The notes below the pieces were generated by a model. The model did no database searches. It saw only the letters and a list, made by a program, of their open reading frames with translations, and was not told the origin of the DNA. Below, one piece after another: positions 35,161 to 46,519 of a stretch of DNA of 64,000 bases. Each line of letters starts with the position of its first letter. The stretch's first letter is position 1. Both the position numbers and the translations under genes were made by a program. The stretch is from a bacterium (lineage in GTDB: Bacteria; SAR324; NAC60-12), in the NCBI GenBank assembly GCA_965205865.1, contig CBDBHR010000026.1:96001-160000 (forward strand). The letters are read 5' to 3'.

Positions 35161-36651
35161 ATGCTCTCGAAATTTCAAAAAAAATATATTAATTCCATTT
35201 CATCGACTTCCCTCCTTGAGGCTCTTCAAGAAGCCTGTCAACTCTTTGAAGAAGAACGGGATCAATGGAAGAAAGAGCGATTAAAACTCCTCGAACGTCT
35301 CGAAATAGAAAATAAGCGTATTGAAGCTCTCGAAACAGAAAATAAGCAACTTCGGGATCAGTTGGCTCTCAACAGCCAAAACTCAAGTAAACCTCCTTCC
35401 ACCGATCAAAGTCGAAAGAACAAAAGCTTACGTAAAAGCAGGGGTCGCTCTCGCGGAGGTCAACCCGGTCATAGAGGCCATCATTTGGCTTTCAGTGAAT
35501 CACCGGATCAGGTGGAGTCCCATTCTCCCAGCACCTGTGAAACCTGTGGAGAAGATTTATCCCAGGTGGTGGTTGAGGCCAGGCATAAACGCCAAGTGTT
35601 TGATCTTTCCCCGCTCCAATTAGAGGTCACCGAGCACCAGGTGGAACAAAAAATTTGTCCCTGCTGCCGGCATCTGAATCACTCGAGCTTTCCAGCAGGA
35701 ATAGAGGCACCCACTCAATATGGTCCCCGGATCAAAGGCTTAGCGGTTTATCTCAATCAATATCAGTTTCTGCCCTTTGATCGATGCCAGCAATTCTTTG
35801 AGGATCTGTTCGGCCAGCCGCTCAATGCGGCCACGATTTATGCCAGCCTCCAGCAAGCCGCCCATAGGCTTTATCCCTTCCAACAACAAGTGGCTGAAGC
35901 TCTGATTCAAGCGGAGGTGGTTCATTTTGATGAAACCTCTCTGTTTGAAAACAAACAACGTCGCTGGCTTCATTCAGCCTCTACCGAAGAGCTGACCTTT
36001 TATTTTATCCACGACAAACGGGGTCAAGCCGGAATGGATGCTGCCGGTATCCTGCCTCAGTTTGAAAAGACAGCCATTCATGATCACTGGGAGAGCTACC
36101 AGCATTATGAGTGTGATCATGGCTTTTGCAATGCGCATCATTTACGTGAACTCACTCGGGCCTATCAACAAGAAAAGGCCTTGTGGGCTCAGGAGATGAG
36201 CGACTTACTGGTAGAGATCAAAGAGCAAGTAGACCAAGCCAAGTTCAAAGAACAATCTGCTTTGAGTCCAATCCAACTCGATCACTTCCGGCAACGCTAT
36301 CGTGATATCACCCAAGAAGCCCTTGAGCTCTATCCTCCCCCTCCTCAAACAAAGAAACGAGGACGCCCCAAACAGAGCAAAGCCAAAAATTTACTCGATC
36401 GCTTGATCCTCTATGAAAAGGAAACCTTGTTATTCATGGATGACTTCCGGGTTCCTTTTGACAACAACCAAGCCGAGCGAGATGTGCGCATGGTTAAACT
36501 GAAACAAAAAATCTCCGGCGGCTTTCGAACGGCTGAAGGATCTCAGGCTTTTTGTATCATCCGGGGAGCCATTTGCACTACCAGAAAACAGGGAAAATCC
36601 ATCCTCGATTTGCTCACTCAGGCTTTGCATCCTTTGGCAACTCCTTTATAA
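35161..36651 (+). CDS. IS66-family transposase
   Basis: NSQNSSKPPS, GGQPGH, Zn-finger, HFDET, FDNNQAERDVR. Confidence 0.93.
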   Translation: MLSKFQKKYINSISSTSLLEALQEACQLFEEERDQWKKERLKLLERLEIENKRIEALETENKQLRDQLALNSQNSSKPPSTDQSRKNKSLRKSRGRSRGGQPGHRGHHLAFSESPDQVESHSPSTCETCGEDLSQVVVEARHKRQVFDLSPLQLEVTEHQVEQKICPCCRHLNHSSFPAGIEAPTQYGPRIKGLAVYLNQYQFLPFDRCQQFFEDLFGQPLNAATIYASLQQAAHRLYPFQQQVAEALIQAEVVHFDETSLFENKQRRWLHSASTEELTFYFIHDKRGQAGMDAAGILPQFEKTAIHDHWESYQHYECDHGFCNAHHLRELTRAYQQEKALWAQEMSDLLVEIKEQVDQAKFKEQSALSPIQLDHFRQRYRDITQEALELYPPPPQTKKRGRPKQSKAKNLLDRLILYEKETLLFMDDFRVPFDNNQAERDVRMVKLKQKISGGFRTAEGSQAFCIIRGAICTTRKQGKSILDLLTQALHPLATPL

Positions 36652-36676
36652 TTAAGGTCCCCATAAAGGACCTAAA

Positions 36677-36828
36677 TATACTGTGAACATATGATTTCTT
36701 CATTTTTTTGTCATCCTGAGGGAACCGAAGGATCTTCTTGATTCCCATGAGATTCTTGCTTAGGCAGCCCCTTTAGCTCGGAATAACAGGAATTTTGAAA
36801 AGTGAAATTTAAACCCGTTCAGAGTATA
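36677..36828. mobile_element. MITE family B copy 1 (TA target duplication)
   Basis: TATACTGTGAAC/GTTCAGAGTATA ends; second copy at 61900-62050. Confidence 0.88.
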
Positions 36829-37075
36829 GTTACTTTTTTTTTTGAATCCCGCATTTATTTTGCCTTGGGGGGTTGACATTGGGTTGTTGTGCTAGGATCA
36901 TGCCATTACTGAGTTGTTTTGGTGACAGAGAAGGTTCCCGATTGATTGAACAATATCGTGAGAGGAATTGAAAACGATTGATCTTCCCCGGGAATCTTTT
37001 TTAATGATATTTAACTAAACGGGTTTTTCAGAGACCTAAATAGTTACCAATCTAAATAAAAATAAAGGAGGACGT

Positions 37076-38941
37076 ATGTCTTTAAAAAAACGAATGAACG
37101 CATGTTTCAAATCAATCCTTAGTTTTAAACATCAAATCGAAAGAAAAAAGATGGATAATCAATGGAGTATTTCAAAATTCAGTGCAACCCTGCTGGCTCT
37201 CATCATGGGAGCAAGCGTCTTCATGGCTGGCCAGGTCTGGGCAGCCGAAATGGTCACAGATCCGACCACTGGTAAAATGGTGAGTGCACCTGAGTACGGC
37301 GGGACAATCACCTATCCCTACATATCAAAAGGCGATACTACGGACCCCTTTATTACTGGCGGCTATGTGCAGTTCCTCATTAATGGCGTTAATGAGCAGC
37401 TCGCCTGGGCGGACTGGGGAATAGATAGGGACGTATGGGACTTTTCAACCTCTTTCGGCTTTAGAGGACCTGCCCTTACAGGGCTGCTGGCGGAAAGCTG
37501 GGAGCAGCCCGACGCTACAACTATCATCTTTCACATCCGCCAGGGCGTTCACTGGCAGAATAAGGCGCCGGTATCCGGGCGCGAGCTAACTGCCGATGAT
37601 GTCGTATATACCTATCAGCGTATGTTGGCTCTGGGCGACTTCACCGAACGTCCCCAGCAAACTCCCAGATTGATCAACCTGCCATGGGAATCGATAGAGG
37701 CCACCGACAAATATACGGTTGTTTTCAAGCTGAAGGAACCAGTGCTCGGTGCGCTGAGGACTATCCTCAGCGAGGCACTGGTTTGGATATTACCCCCCGA
37801 GGTAATCGAGAAATACGGCAACTATGCGGATTGGCGAAACGTGGTCGGCACCGGACCCCTTATGCTGACTGACTATGTCGAAGACGTCTCTAAAACCTAT
37901 GTCAAGAATCCTGACTACTGGGGCTACGACCCAAAATACCCGCAGAACCGCCTGCCCTATATTGACCAGTTAAGGGCCCTGTATATGCCGGAAGAAGCAA
38001 CACGTGTATCGGCACTACGCACGGCTAAGGTTGATATAGTACATGCCGCCGGCGGTGGCACTACTCTGGTAAACCGCGACTTGGTAATGAGCCTCCAGCG
38101 GACCAACCCCGAAGTCCAGGTGACCACTGGTTTCTCACAGGCGCTCGGGTCTTTTCTTCTGAACATGCGCAAGCCGCCCTTTGACGACGTCAGGGTGCGC
38201 CACGCCATGCAGATGGCAATCGACCTCGAGACGATTAACAAGACCTACTTCGGCGGTCTCGCAAAGTGGGAACCCATGGGGACGATAGGGTATGTCTTTC
38301 CGGAGTTGCAAACCAAATTCGAAGACTATCCCGAAGAGGTCAAGCAATACTATAGGTATGACCCGGAAGGTGCCGAGAAGCTCCTTGATGAGGCGGGATA
38401 TCCGCGCGGCGCGGACGGCGTTCGATTCAAGGTCACCCATGACCACCGCTACCCCAACTATGATTTGGGCTATGCAGAAATAGCTGCCGGCTACTGGGCT
38501 GAGATTGGCGTTTAGGTATCGATTCAGAAACATGACACGGCTACTTGGGTCGGTATTTTAGGAGACCATGATTATGAGATGGCCTCTGGCAGCTCGGGCT
38601 TTCTTCACTCCCCTACATTTGGGGTAGAATGGTATCGCCATGAAGGCTCATTTCAACGCGAATATATGTCCGGAATCGAGACCCCTGAGCTGAACGCCGC
38701 CGCTGATGCCTTTTCCGCCGCTACCACCATTGAGGAGCAGAAGAGGCCACTTAAAGAGTTTGATATGCTCTTAATAAAGCAGCACAATCTGATATGGACT
38801 CCCATGGCTCCAATATATCACCTGAACCAGCCGTGGGTCAAAGGTTTTAGCGGTGAATACGGCATGGGATTTGGGGCATTACATTGGATCCTCATCCACC
38901 TTTGGATTGACCAGGAGCTGAAGGAAGAAATGGGCTTCTAG
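37076..38941 (+). pseudogene. Peptide ABC substrate-binding protein (family 5) with an in-frame TAG at 38513
   Basis: LAESWEQPD, GTGP, DVRVRHAMQMAID; the frame continues past TAG to LWIDQELKEEMGF. Confidence 0.85.
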
Positions 38942-39150
38942 TCGGTCACTGGACCCGAGCCCGAATCAGCATGAGCCACCCACCCTCCCATCCGCAATCC
39001 GGGTGGGAGGGATTTTTGGCATGTAGCGGGGCAGGCTTTTCGGCGGAATGACGGGAGTCTGCCCCCGCACCTGATACGGGGTTGGGATATGTCCTGCAAT
39101 GACAAAAGAGGGTTGGCAATGACGGGGAAAAGTGAAATAAGGTGTGTCAC

Positions 39151-40164
39151 ATGAGAGCCTATCTCATCAGGAGATTATTGCTGATAATTCCCACCCTGTT
39201 TATATTGACCATCCTGGTCTTCCTCTCCGTCCGCTTCATCCCCGGCGATGTCATAGACCTGATGGTGGCCAGAAATTTAGGCCCGGATTCGGGATATGGT
39301 GGCAAGATTGACCGTGAAGCACTTGAGCGTTTGCTGGGACTGGACGTGCCGGTCTACGTGCAGTATGGACGCTGGATAGGAGTGTTGCCGACCCCTGACT
39401 GGGTTAGCGGTGAGTCCCACTTGAAAGGTCTCCTCCAGGGCACCCTGGGCGACTCACTGATGGGCGGGCTTTGGACGGTAGAGGAGAAGATCATAGAGAG
39501 ATTGCCGGTAACCATTGAGCTTGGTGTCATGGCAATCGTAATCGGGGTCTTGATAGCCCTGCCAGTCGGCATCTACTCGGCGATTCGCCAGGATACGGCC
39601 GCTGACTATGTGGGGCGCTCCATCGCCATCCTCGGCCTGGCAACGCCTAACTTCTGGCTGGGACTGATGGTCATGATCTACCCGGCAATCTGGTGGACCT
39701 GGTCGCCACCGATGGAGTGGGTTCCTTTCACAAAAGACCCGCTGGGGAATCTCGGCATGCTCCTCATTCCCAGCCTGATTCTGGGGACGGCCTCGTCAGC
39801 CGCCACCATGCGGATGACGCGCACCATGATGCTGGAGGTGCTCCGGCAGGACTATATCAGGACGGCCTGGTCCAAGGGTCTCAAGGAGCGGGTCGTGATT
39901 ATCCGACACACCATCAAAAATGCCCTCATCCCGGTGGTGTCCCTGATCGGTATGCAGTTGCCTATCGTGGTAGGTGGCGCCGTTATCATGGAGAACGTAT
40001 TTATGCTGCCGGGGCTAGGTCGTCTCATGGTGGATGCGCTCAATGACAGAGACTACCCGGTGATCTCCGGAATAAACCTGTTTTTCGGCGTCGTCGTGAT
40101 GGCAAGCAATCTCCTGATCGACCTGATTTATCCCTATTTGGATCCGAGGGTGCGGTATGAGTGA
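39151..40164 (+). CDS. Peptide ABC permease DppB-like
   Basis: MRAYLIRR, QDYIRTAWSKGL, YLDPRVRY. Confidence 0.93.
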   Translation: MRAYLIRRLLLIIPTLFILTILVFLSVRFIPGDVIDLMVARNLGPDSGYGGKIDREALERLLGLDVPVYVQYGRWIGVLPTPDWVSGESHLKGLLQGTLGDSLMGGLWTVEEKIIERLPVTIELGVMAIVIGVLIALPVGIYSAIRQDTAADYVGRSIAILGLATPNFWLGLMVMIYPAIWWTWSPPMEWVPFTKDPLGNLGMLLIPSLILGTASSAATMRMTRTMMLEVLRQDYIRTAWSKGLKERVVIIRHTIKNALIPVVSLIGMQLPIVVGGAVIMENVFMLPGLGRLMVDALNDRDYPVISGINLFFGVVVMASNLLIDLIYPYLDPRVRYE

Positions 40165-41095
40165 ACCCAAGCGACGGGGCCGGCTGGCCGCATTCTTTAT
40201 CAGGCTGGTCAGGGAGAAGCCACTGGGTACTGCCTGCGGGATTATTATATTGCTCTTGATTCTGGTGGCGATCTTCACCGAGGCTCTGGCTCCTTATCCT
40301 TATATGAAAATAAACATGATAGACAGGATGCAGGGCTCATCCGCCCGGCATCTGCTGGGTACCGACTTCGCGGGGCGAGACATATTGAGCCGCATGATCT
40401 ACGGGGCTCGTCTTTCCTTAGCGGTAGGTCTGGCAGCGACGACCATTAATGTGGTGGTCGCTGTCCTGATCGGCGGCATTTCCGGATTTCTGGGCGGCAA
40501 AGTGGACCTGGCCATGCAGCGCTTTGTCGATGCCTGGATGGCTTTTCCGGGGCTGCTGCTCTTGCTGACCATCATGTCCATCGTGGGACAGGGTCTCCTC
40601 CAGATCATCATCGTCCTGGGGATCACCGGCGGCATCGGCGGCTCAAGAATACTCCGAGGCGCGGTGATCGGCATCAAAGAGAATGACTATTTTCTGGCCG
40701 CCCGGGCTTTGGGTGCCCCCACGGGTCAAATACTGACTCGCCATGTCCTGCCTAATATCATGGCACCGATCATCACCGTCTTCTCAATCAACATCGGTGG
40801 GGTGATTATGGCTGAGGCTTCTCTGAGCTTCCTGGGATTCGGTCTGCCCGTCGAGTTTCCCAGCTGGGGCGGGATGCTCAGCCGGGAAGGACGTCTCTAC
40901 ATGGAGGCAGCGCCACGGCTGGCGCTCTGGCCTGGTCTTTGCCTGACGATTACCGTCTACTCCCTCAACATGTTCGGCGACGCCCTCAGGGACCTGCTCG
41001 ACCCCCGGATGCGGGGCGGTCAGGGCAGTTACGGCGCCGCAAAGAAACGCAAAAGAAGCTTCCTGGTCCGGCTGATCAATCCTTTCAATGGGTAA
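40157..41095 (+). CDS. Peptide ABC permease DppC-like
   Basis: LGTDFAGRD, PSWGGML, GDALRDLLDP. Confidence 0.93.
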   Translation: MSEPKRRGRLAAFFIRLVREKPLGTACGIIILLLILVAIFTEALAPYPYMKINMIDRMQGSSARHLLGTDFAGRDILSRMIYGARLSLAVGLAATTINVVVAVLIGGISGFLGGKVDLAMQRFVDAWMAFPGLLLLLTIMSIVGQGLLQIIIVLGITGGIGGSRILRGAVIGIKENDYFLAARALGAPTGQILTRHVLPNIMAPIITVFSINIGGVIMAEASLSFLGFGLPVEFPSWGGMLSREGRLYMEAAPRLALWPGLCLTITVYSLNMFGDALRDLLDPRMRGGQGSYGAAKKRKRSFLVRLINPFNG

Positions 41096-41378
41096 GCGCA
41101 CAAAAGGAAACCGTCCCTTTTACCTTCCTGAGAATCACTGTTTTTTATTCTTTGTCAATTTTGGGCCATCGGGAAGAATCAAGCCCGAGAGAATCTATTC
41201 CTTTGCTGTGCGTTTTGGGACAATTCGGGAAAATGTATTGGGATGGCTGGTTTGTTCATCAATGCCTTTTCTTGCGATTCGAGAGCGAGTATGCCAAACT
41301 GAAAACTGATATATTAATAACTTATCAAACATCTTGATTGCAGACATTTTGTGTATACTGCTTAATAAAAGAGGTTCC

Positions 41379-41642
41379 ATGCGAATTACCGTTGATATCC
41401 CGGATAAATTGGGCAAGCAACTGGAACAGATTCCCAATAGCAATCAGTTAGTTGTGCTTGCGCTCCAACAAGCGGTTGAGGAGAAGACAACTCTATCTGC
41501 CCCAGAGGATTTTGAGATGCCAAAAACGATAAAAGAAGCTCTTGAAATGCTGCATAAATCACAACCTTTCCGGGATATAAAAGACCCGGTAGCCTGGCAA
41601 CAAGAAATCAGGAAAGACCGTGAGTTACCTTATAGACAGTAA
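41379..41642 (+). CDS. Putative antitoxin
   Basis: MRITVDIPD N-terminus and IKDPVAWQQEIR tail; overlaps the PIN gene. Confidence 0.7.
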   Translation: MRITVDIPDKLGKQLEQIPNSNQLVVLALQQAVEEKTTLSAPEDFEMPKTIKEALEMLHKSQPFRDIKDPVAWQQEIRKDRELPYRQ

Positions 41643-42057
41643 TATTTATATCTACGCTGCTAACTCAAAAGGCCCCGCAATCAAGTTTCTTTCAGATTTG
41701 CAAGACTCCTTTCATGCCTCTGTGATCCGAATTGAAGTACTCGATTATGATAAAATCACAGAGAAAGATAAAAAGGTGCTTCAATTTATCTTTTCACAAA
41801 GTACCATCCTGCCTCTATCACAAAATATTATAGATAAAGCGATTGAACTCCGATAACAACGCAATATGAAGCTGGGTGATACCATCATTGCTGCCACCTC
41901 TTTGGTACATAATCTCACTTTGGTGACTCGTAATACTGACGATTTTAAACATATTGAAGCCCTCCAACTTCACAATCCCTACGACCCACAGCCGTTGTCA
42001 GTTTCTCCTGTTAATGCGAATATTGAAGATTCCGATGAAAATGAGCCAAATAAATAA
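41620..42057 (+). pseudogene. vapC: VapC PIN toxin with an in-frame TAA at 41854
   Basis: [38 protein letters not shown]. Confidence 0.8.
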
Positions 42058-42139
42058 ATACGTTTCGAGTAGAGGCAAGACTCGTTCGGGGTTTCTTGCC
42101 CAAACGGCAGTTAAATACATGGCCAATCATTCACAATAG
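42040..42139 (+). pseudogene. HicB-like C-terminal RHH remnant
   Basis: [21 protein letters not shown]. Confidence 0.5.
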
Positions 42140-42253
42140 AATCTGCAGTTTTCCCTAAAACTGTGTTATTTAGATTCCTTTGCAACTGAAGAAACGAAAG
42201 GAATTTCCTAATGGACTTAGATTTTGCCAAATACAAGAGTCATCAATTGGAGA

Positions 42254-43459
42254 GGGGTCAGGCCTTTGATTAAATAATTAAATTGTGTTTTGTTAAATTC
42301 TATGGTTAGCATAGTTCTGGACTTGAGAGCAGCCGAGAGGAAAAATGGCAAGAAAACGAAGAGTTCATTATCCGGGAGCGGTCTATCATGTGATGCTTTG
42401 TGGCAATGGGGGGCAGGACATTTTTTTTGATGATGATGATCGTTTTTATTTTAGAGAGTTACTTTTGGAGGGAGTGGCGCGTTTTGAACATCGTATCCAC
42501 GGGTTTTGTTTTATGGGCAATCATGTTCACTTGGTGGTTCAAGTGGGTGTGATTCCGCTGTCTCGCATTATTCAAAATGCGTCATTTCGTTATACTCGCT
42601 GGATCAACACAAAACAAAAACGGATGGGACATTTGTTTCAGGGGCGCTATAAAGCGATTTTAGTGGATGCCGATCAGTATTTATTAGAGTTAATTCGCTA
42701 TGTTCACCTGAATCCGGTTCGGAACGGGCTCGTCAACGATCCGGAACAATATTTTTGGTCAAGCCATGCCGTGTATACGGGAAAAAGAAAGATGCCTTGG
42801 GTTCATACAGAGTGGGTTCATGCTCAATTTTCCAGGCACTTGGGTCATGCTCGCCGGATGTATCGTCGCTATGTTGAGGAAGCTCAGGAGGACACCCTAC
42901 CCTCCGAGTTCGAAAAAGGGAATAAAGAAGGAAGGATTTTGGGAGGTGATCACTTTGCGGAAAGTGCATTACAACAAGCGGGAGAGCACATTCATCAAAC
43001 ATTGGAGTTGGAAGAAATTATTCAGGCGGTTTGTCAATTGTATCGCATCACTGAAAAGCAACTCATTGCCAAGGGGAAAGAGAGGAAACCCTCTGAAGCA
43101 AGGTCGGTTATTGCCTGGATAGTGCGAGAATCAGAAAATCTAACATTGGAAGCCTGGGGAGAGCGTTGTGGTCGAGATGGCGTCACCTTAAGCAATGCCA
43201 TTCGAATTTTGCTAAAACGCGTCAAAACAGACAAAGATTTGGTAAAGAGGATGAAAGAAATTGAGGAAAAATTATTAATCTCTTTCGGGTCTGACTCGCC
43301 GCAGCCGCTCAGCGTACCGTTGCTGCGTTGAAAAAAAGATAATCCGACAAAATTCTCCGCTCGAGCGAAGCGAAAGTCAAGCCTCAACGAGAGAGCTTGC
43401 TCCGGGATAGTTTACTTAAAGAATGAAACGTCAAATGAAATAATCAAAGGCCTGACCCC
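42254..43459 (+). mobile_element. RAYT element bounded by perfect 19-bp inverted repeats
   Basis: GGGGTCAGGCCTTTGATTA at 42254-42272; its reverse complement at 43441-43459. Confidence 0.8.
42345..43331 (+). CDS. REP-associated tyrosine (HUH/Y1) transposase with DnaA-like C-terminal HTH
   Basis: MARKRR..YHVM, MGNHVHL, GHLFQGRY, YVHLNPVR, YFWSS. Confidence 0.9.
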   Translation: MARKRRVHYPGAVYHVMLCGNGGQDIFFDDDDRFYFRELLLEGVARFEHRIHGFCFMGNHVHLVVQVGVIPLSRIIQNASFRYTRWINTKQKRMGHLFQGRYKAILVDADQYLLELIRYVHLNPVRNGLVNDPEQYFWSSHAVYTGKRKMPWVHTEWVHAQFSRHLGHARRMYRRYVEEAQEDTLPSEFEKGNKEGRILGGDHFAESALQQAGEHIHQTLELEEIIQAVCQLYRITEKQLIAKGKERKPSEARSVIAWIVRESENLTLEAWGERCGRDGVTLSNAIRILLKRVKTDKDLVKRMKEIEEKLLISFGSDSPQPLSVPLLR

Positions 43460-43988
43460 ATTTCTCGCAATTTAGAGGGGAGGCGATCGATTGACGCGTT
43501 TTTTCTAAAAGACGTTCTAATTGTTCTGCATTTTTCGAGCATTTCTTACTGGCAGAGGTTTTCAGCTTCGAACCGTCAAGGTTTATTTCAGCGAAACCGG
43601 AGACCTGCTGATCAATGGCCATTTGAATCAATTGCTCAAAATAGAAGGGCAGGCGTTGCAAATGACGACGACGGAACCGGCTCAAGGCACAGTGGTCGGG
43701 GGTCAGATGCGCTGAAACATAGATATAACAAAGATCGCGTTTACAAAGTTTCTCCAAAACACGACTACTCTCAATGCCTTCACTGTAGGCATAAAACCAG
43801 GTCGCTAACAGAATCGCCGGATCATAGGCATCCCCCCCTTGCGATTTGTAGGAGCCATAAAGCGAGGATAAATCCAAGCGGGAAACGAAATCTACCACAA
43901 AACGGCATTTATCGTTATCCGGGATCAAGTGGTTCAAATCGGTGGTGGATAATTGGAGGGTGGAACGATCATTACTCAGAAAACCCAT
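43460..43988 (-). pseudogene. IS1182-family transposase, 3'-truncated
   Basis: DUF772-like AYDPAILL..YAYSEGIESSR..PDH..SRFR, LDGSK; the frame runs into the RAYT IR. Confidence 0.8.
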
Positions 43989-44099
43989 AATAGAAATCCA
44001 TTTTTACTATGGTTATATGAAAAGTGGACTCAAACCAGATACTAGACTATGAAAAGTGTAGCAAAATCCACCTGGAAAAAGCAAATAAAATCTGCAACA

Positions 44100-44284
44100 G
44101 CCTGGAAAGCGGGAATCCAGACTAATTTCGAATGGTTGCGTTTTCTGGATTCAGGGTCTTCGCCCGGAATGACAAGTTGCCCTCCCATTATTCAACGAGT
44201 AAGGGAACTGGGAAGCTCAAGCCTCCGCGCCAAGGACCCCCCGACCCCCTTTTTCCCTGAGGTCAGTCACAAGGGGTGTAACCC
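44100..44284. repeat. Palindromic element plus conserved SBP trailer (paralog at 51245-51444)
   Basis: ggaatccag..ctggattc..ggaatgac and ccgcgccaaggaccccccgacccccttttt are shared. Confidence 0.7.
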
Positions 44285-45290
44285 TTAATAACCCATTTCT
44301 GCCTTTAGCTCACTGTCAATCCAGACGTGGGATTAGATAGTACGATTCATATATGAAAGCCAGACTTCACCGTTAAAGCCGATGACCCACGGCTGGTGCG
44401 CCATGTAGCTTCCAACTTTAGGACCCCATATCCACCAGTGGTTCTCCATGGTGCGCATATCCACTTCTTTGACCAGTTCCTGCCGCTCCTCTTCGGAAGT
44501 AGTGGCTTGGGCGGCGTCGATTAGGGCGTCCAACTCAGGGCGCGGGACTCCGTGTAAGTCTGCTATACCGCTCGAGTGTACCCAGTTGCGTACTTCAGCC
44601 AACGGTGGTCCATTGTTGCCCAAAAGGTGAAATACCAGACCTTCCCAAGTACGGTTGCTTCGAGTAGCGCCACCACTAGCTTCATCCAATACGTTGATCT
44701 CTACATCAACGCCAAGATCTGCCCAGTAGATGGCAGCTAATTCACTATAACCTAAATCAAATCTATGGAAATGGTTCAACACGGTCTTGAATCGAGTTCC
44801 GTCCGCGCCGCGCGGATATCCGACCTCATCCAGCAAAGCTTCCGCCCCCGCCGGATCGTACATATAGCCCTTCTTGACCTCTTCGGGCCACTCTTCAAAG
44901 GGGGTGAAATACCCGGTGATGCCTTCCCCTACCAGCCCCTGAGGCTGCCACATTGCCGTGCCCTTGTAGTAGGTATTGTTAATGCCCTCGAGGTCCAGTG
45001 CCATCTGCATTGCCTTGCGCACAACTGCATGCCGATCAGGGTCACCACCGGGATAAAGCTCGAGGTCCAGTGTCATCTGCATTGCCTTGCGCACCCTGAT
45101 GTCGTCAAAGGGCAGCTTGCTCGCGTCCGGATCATAACTTTGGTCCGAACAGTGAAACACCGGGTGCAGCACGATTTCGGGGTTGCTCTTCCGGAGGCTC
45201 TCGACTACTTCGACCGATACTATATGAGCCCAACCAGCAGGGGCACCGATGAAATCAATCTTATTTTCACCACAGCTGGTTCGCTCATTA
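44285..45290 (-). pseudogene. Peptide ABC SBP, C-terminal half with internal duplication and in-frame TAA
   Basis: RKAMQM.LDLE occurs twice 72 nt apart; TAA at 44333 precedes HVWIDSELKAEMGY*. Confidence 0.8.
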
Positions 45291-45539
45291 AGCAACATGA
45301 ATTGACAATTTTAATTTTCCTTCTTACGCTAGGGTGAAAAACGGGAAAACTCTGCGTTGGCACCGAAGAAAAATCTCAACAGAATAGACAAATTCACTAA
45401 AAATCAACGATTCCATACAAAATCGAGAAAACGACTTTGAGACATAGGGACAACAAATAAGTCTCGCTGTTGCCCAAACGCTTTGATATACTGATTGAAA
45501 ACAAGTGCTCTCTTGTTCCCTTCTTTGAGGAGTATCCTG

Positions 45540-46409
45540 GTGAAACATCGCATTTCTCCGACAATCGATTGTGTCTACAAGGCCATTTTGGGAGCAGAGG
45601 AAAATAAGAACTTACTGATTGATTTCCTCAATGGTGTCCTGGCACCACAGTTTCCCATTTCGGATGTCGAAATCCTCAACCCCTATAATGAACGCGAGTT
45701 TTATTCGGACAAGTTGACGATTGTCGATGTGAAGGCCAGAGATGAACAGGGGACGACCTATCAGATCGAAATTCAATTGGCAGTTTTTTCTTATTTACCG
45801 GAGAGGATGCTCTACACGTGGAGTGACATCTATCAATCCCAGTTACAAAGCGGGGAGCCATTCTCAGAATTACGTCCGGTGATCTCCATTTGGATGTTGA
45901 CTGAAAATCTGTTTTCTGAAAGTCCGACCTTTCATCATCACTTCCAACTGGTGGATCAAGCGAACGAAAAACGTTTGTCGGAGCATTGTTCCATCCATGT
46001 TTTGGAATTGGAAAAATGGCGATATTCCGAGGCATTGAACGCTGAAGATTACTGGTTTTACTTTTTTAAAGAAGCCGAGAACTGGGAGGAATTACCCGAA
46101 ATCATCAACACCCCTAACATGAGGCAAGCGATGGCAGTCTTAGAGCGATTTTCTGAAAAAGAGGCCAACTATCACTTATACCAAGCCCGTCAAAATGCTT
46201 TGCGTGAGGAGAAAACAAGACTAAAGCTTTTTGAAGAAGCCTTGCGGAGGGAGGAAGAGGCGGTGCAAGATAAGGAAGAAGCCCTGCGGAGAGAGGAAGA
46301 GGCGGTGCAAGATAAGGAAGAAGCCCTACGGAGGAAGGAAGAGGCGGAAACTAAAGAAAAACATCTCAGAGAAATCTTGAAAAAAGCAGGAATTGATCCA
46401 GATGTTTAA
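45540..46409 (+). CDS. Rpn family PD-(D/E)XK nuclease / putative transposase
   Basis: PTIDCVYKAILG, VDVKARD..YQIEIQ, IHVLELEK; RBS gaggag plus GTG start. Confidence 0.88.
   Translation: MKHRISPTIDCVYKAILGAEENKNLLIDFLNGVLAPQFPISDVEILNPYNEREFYSDKLTIVDVKARDEQGTTYQIEIQLAVFSYLPERMLYTWSDIYQSQLQSGEPFSELRPVISIWMLTENLFSESPTFHHHFQLVDQANEKRLSEHCSIHVLELEKWRYSEALNAEDYWFYFFKEAENWEELPEIINTPNMRQAMAVLERFSEKEANYHLYQARQNALREEKTRLKLFEEALRREEEAVQDKEEALRREEEAVQDKEEALRRKEEAETKEKHLREILKKAGIDPDV
46233..46347 (+). repeat. 42-bp coding tandem repeat (EEALRREEEAVQDK), about 2.7 copies
   Basis: Directly visible in DNA and protein. Confidence 0.9.
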
Positions 46410-46519
46410 GCAATTTTTTCCTCGGTTTCTCAGACAGCCAAGTATGTAACAATTCAAGAAAATAAGTGCCAACAATGCGCTTCACCAGACGCTCACCCCT
46501 GCGCTTTTTCAACACTTTG

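Larger units (their letters stand above)
35083..36833 (+). mobile_element. IS66-family element (single-ORF type); right TIR split by a MITE
   Basis: Left TIR GTAACTATTTAGG; right end ggacctaaa[TA-MITE]gttac. Confidence 0.85.

Noticed and set aside
38513-38515. In-frame TAG as pyrrolysine or stop-codon reassignment
   Set aside because: Similar lesions include TAA stops, frameshifts and deletions. Intact genes such as cobS, cobT and carB end in TAG, and a GAG-to-TAG point mutation explains this case.
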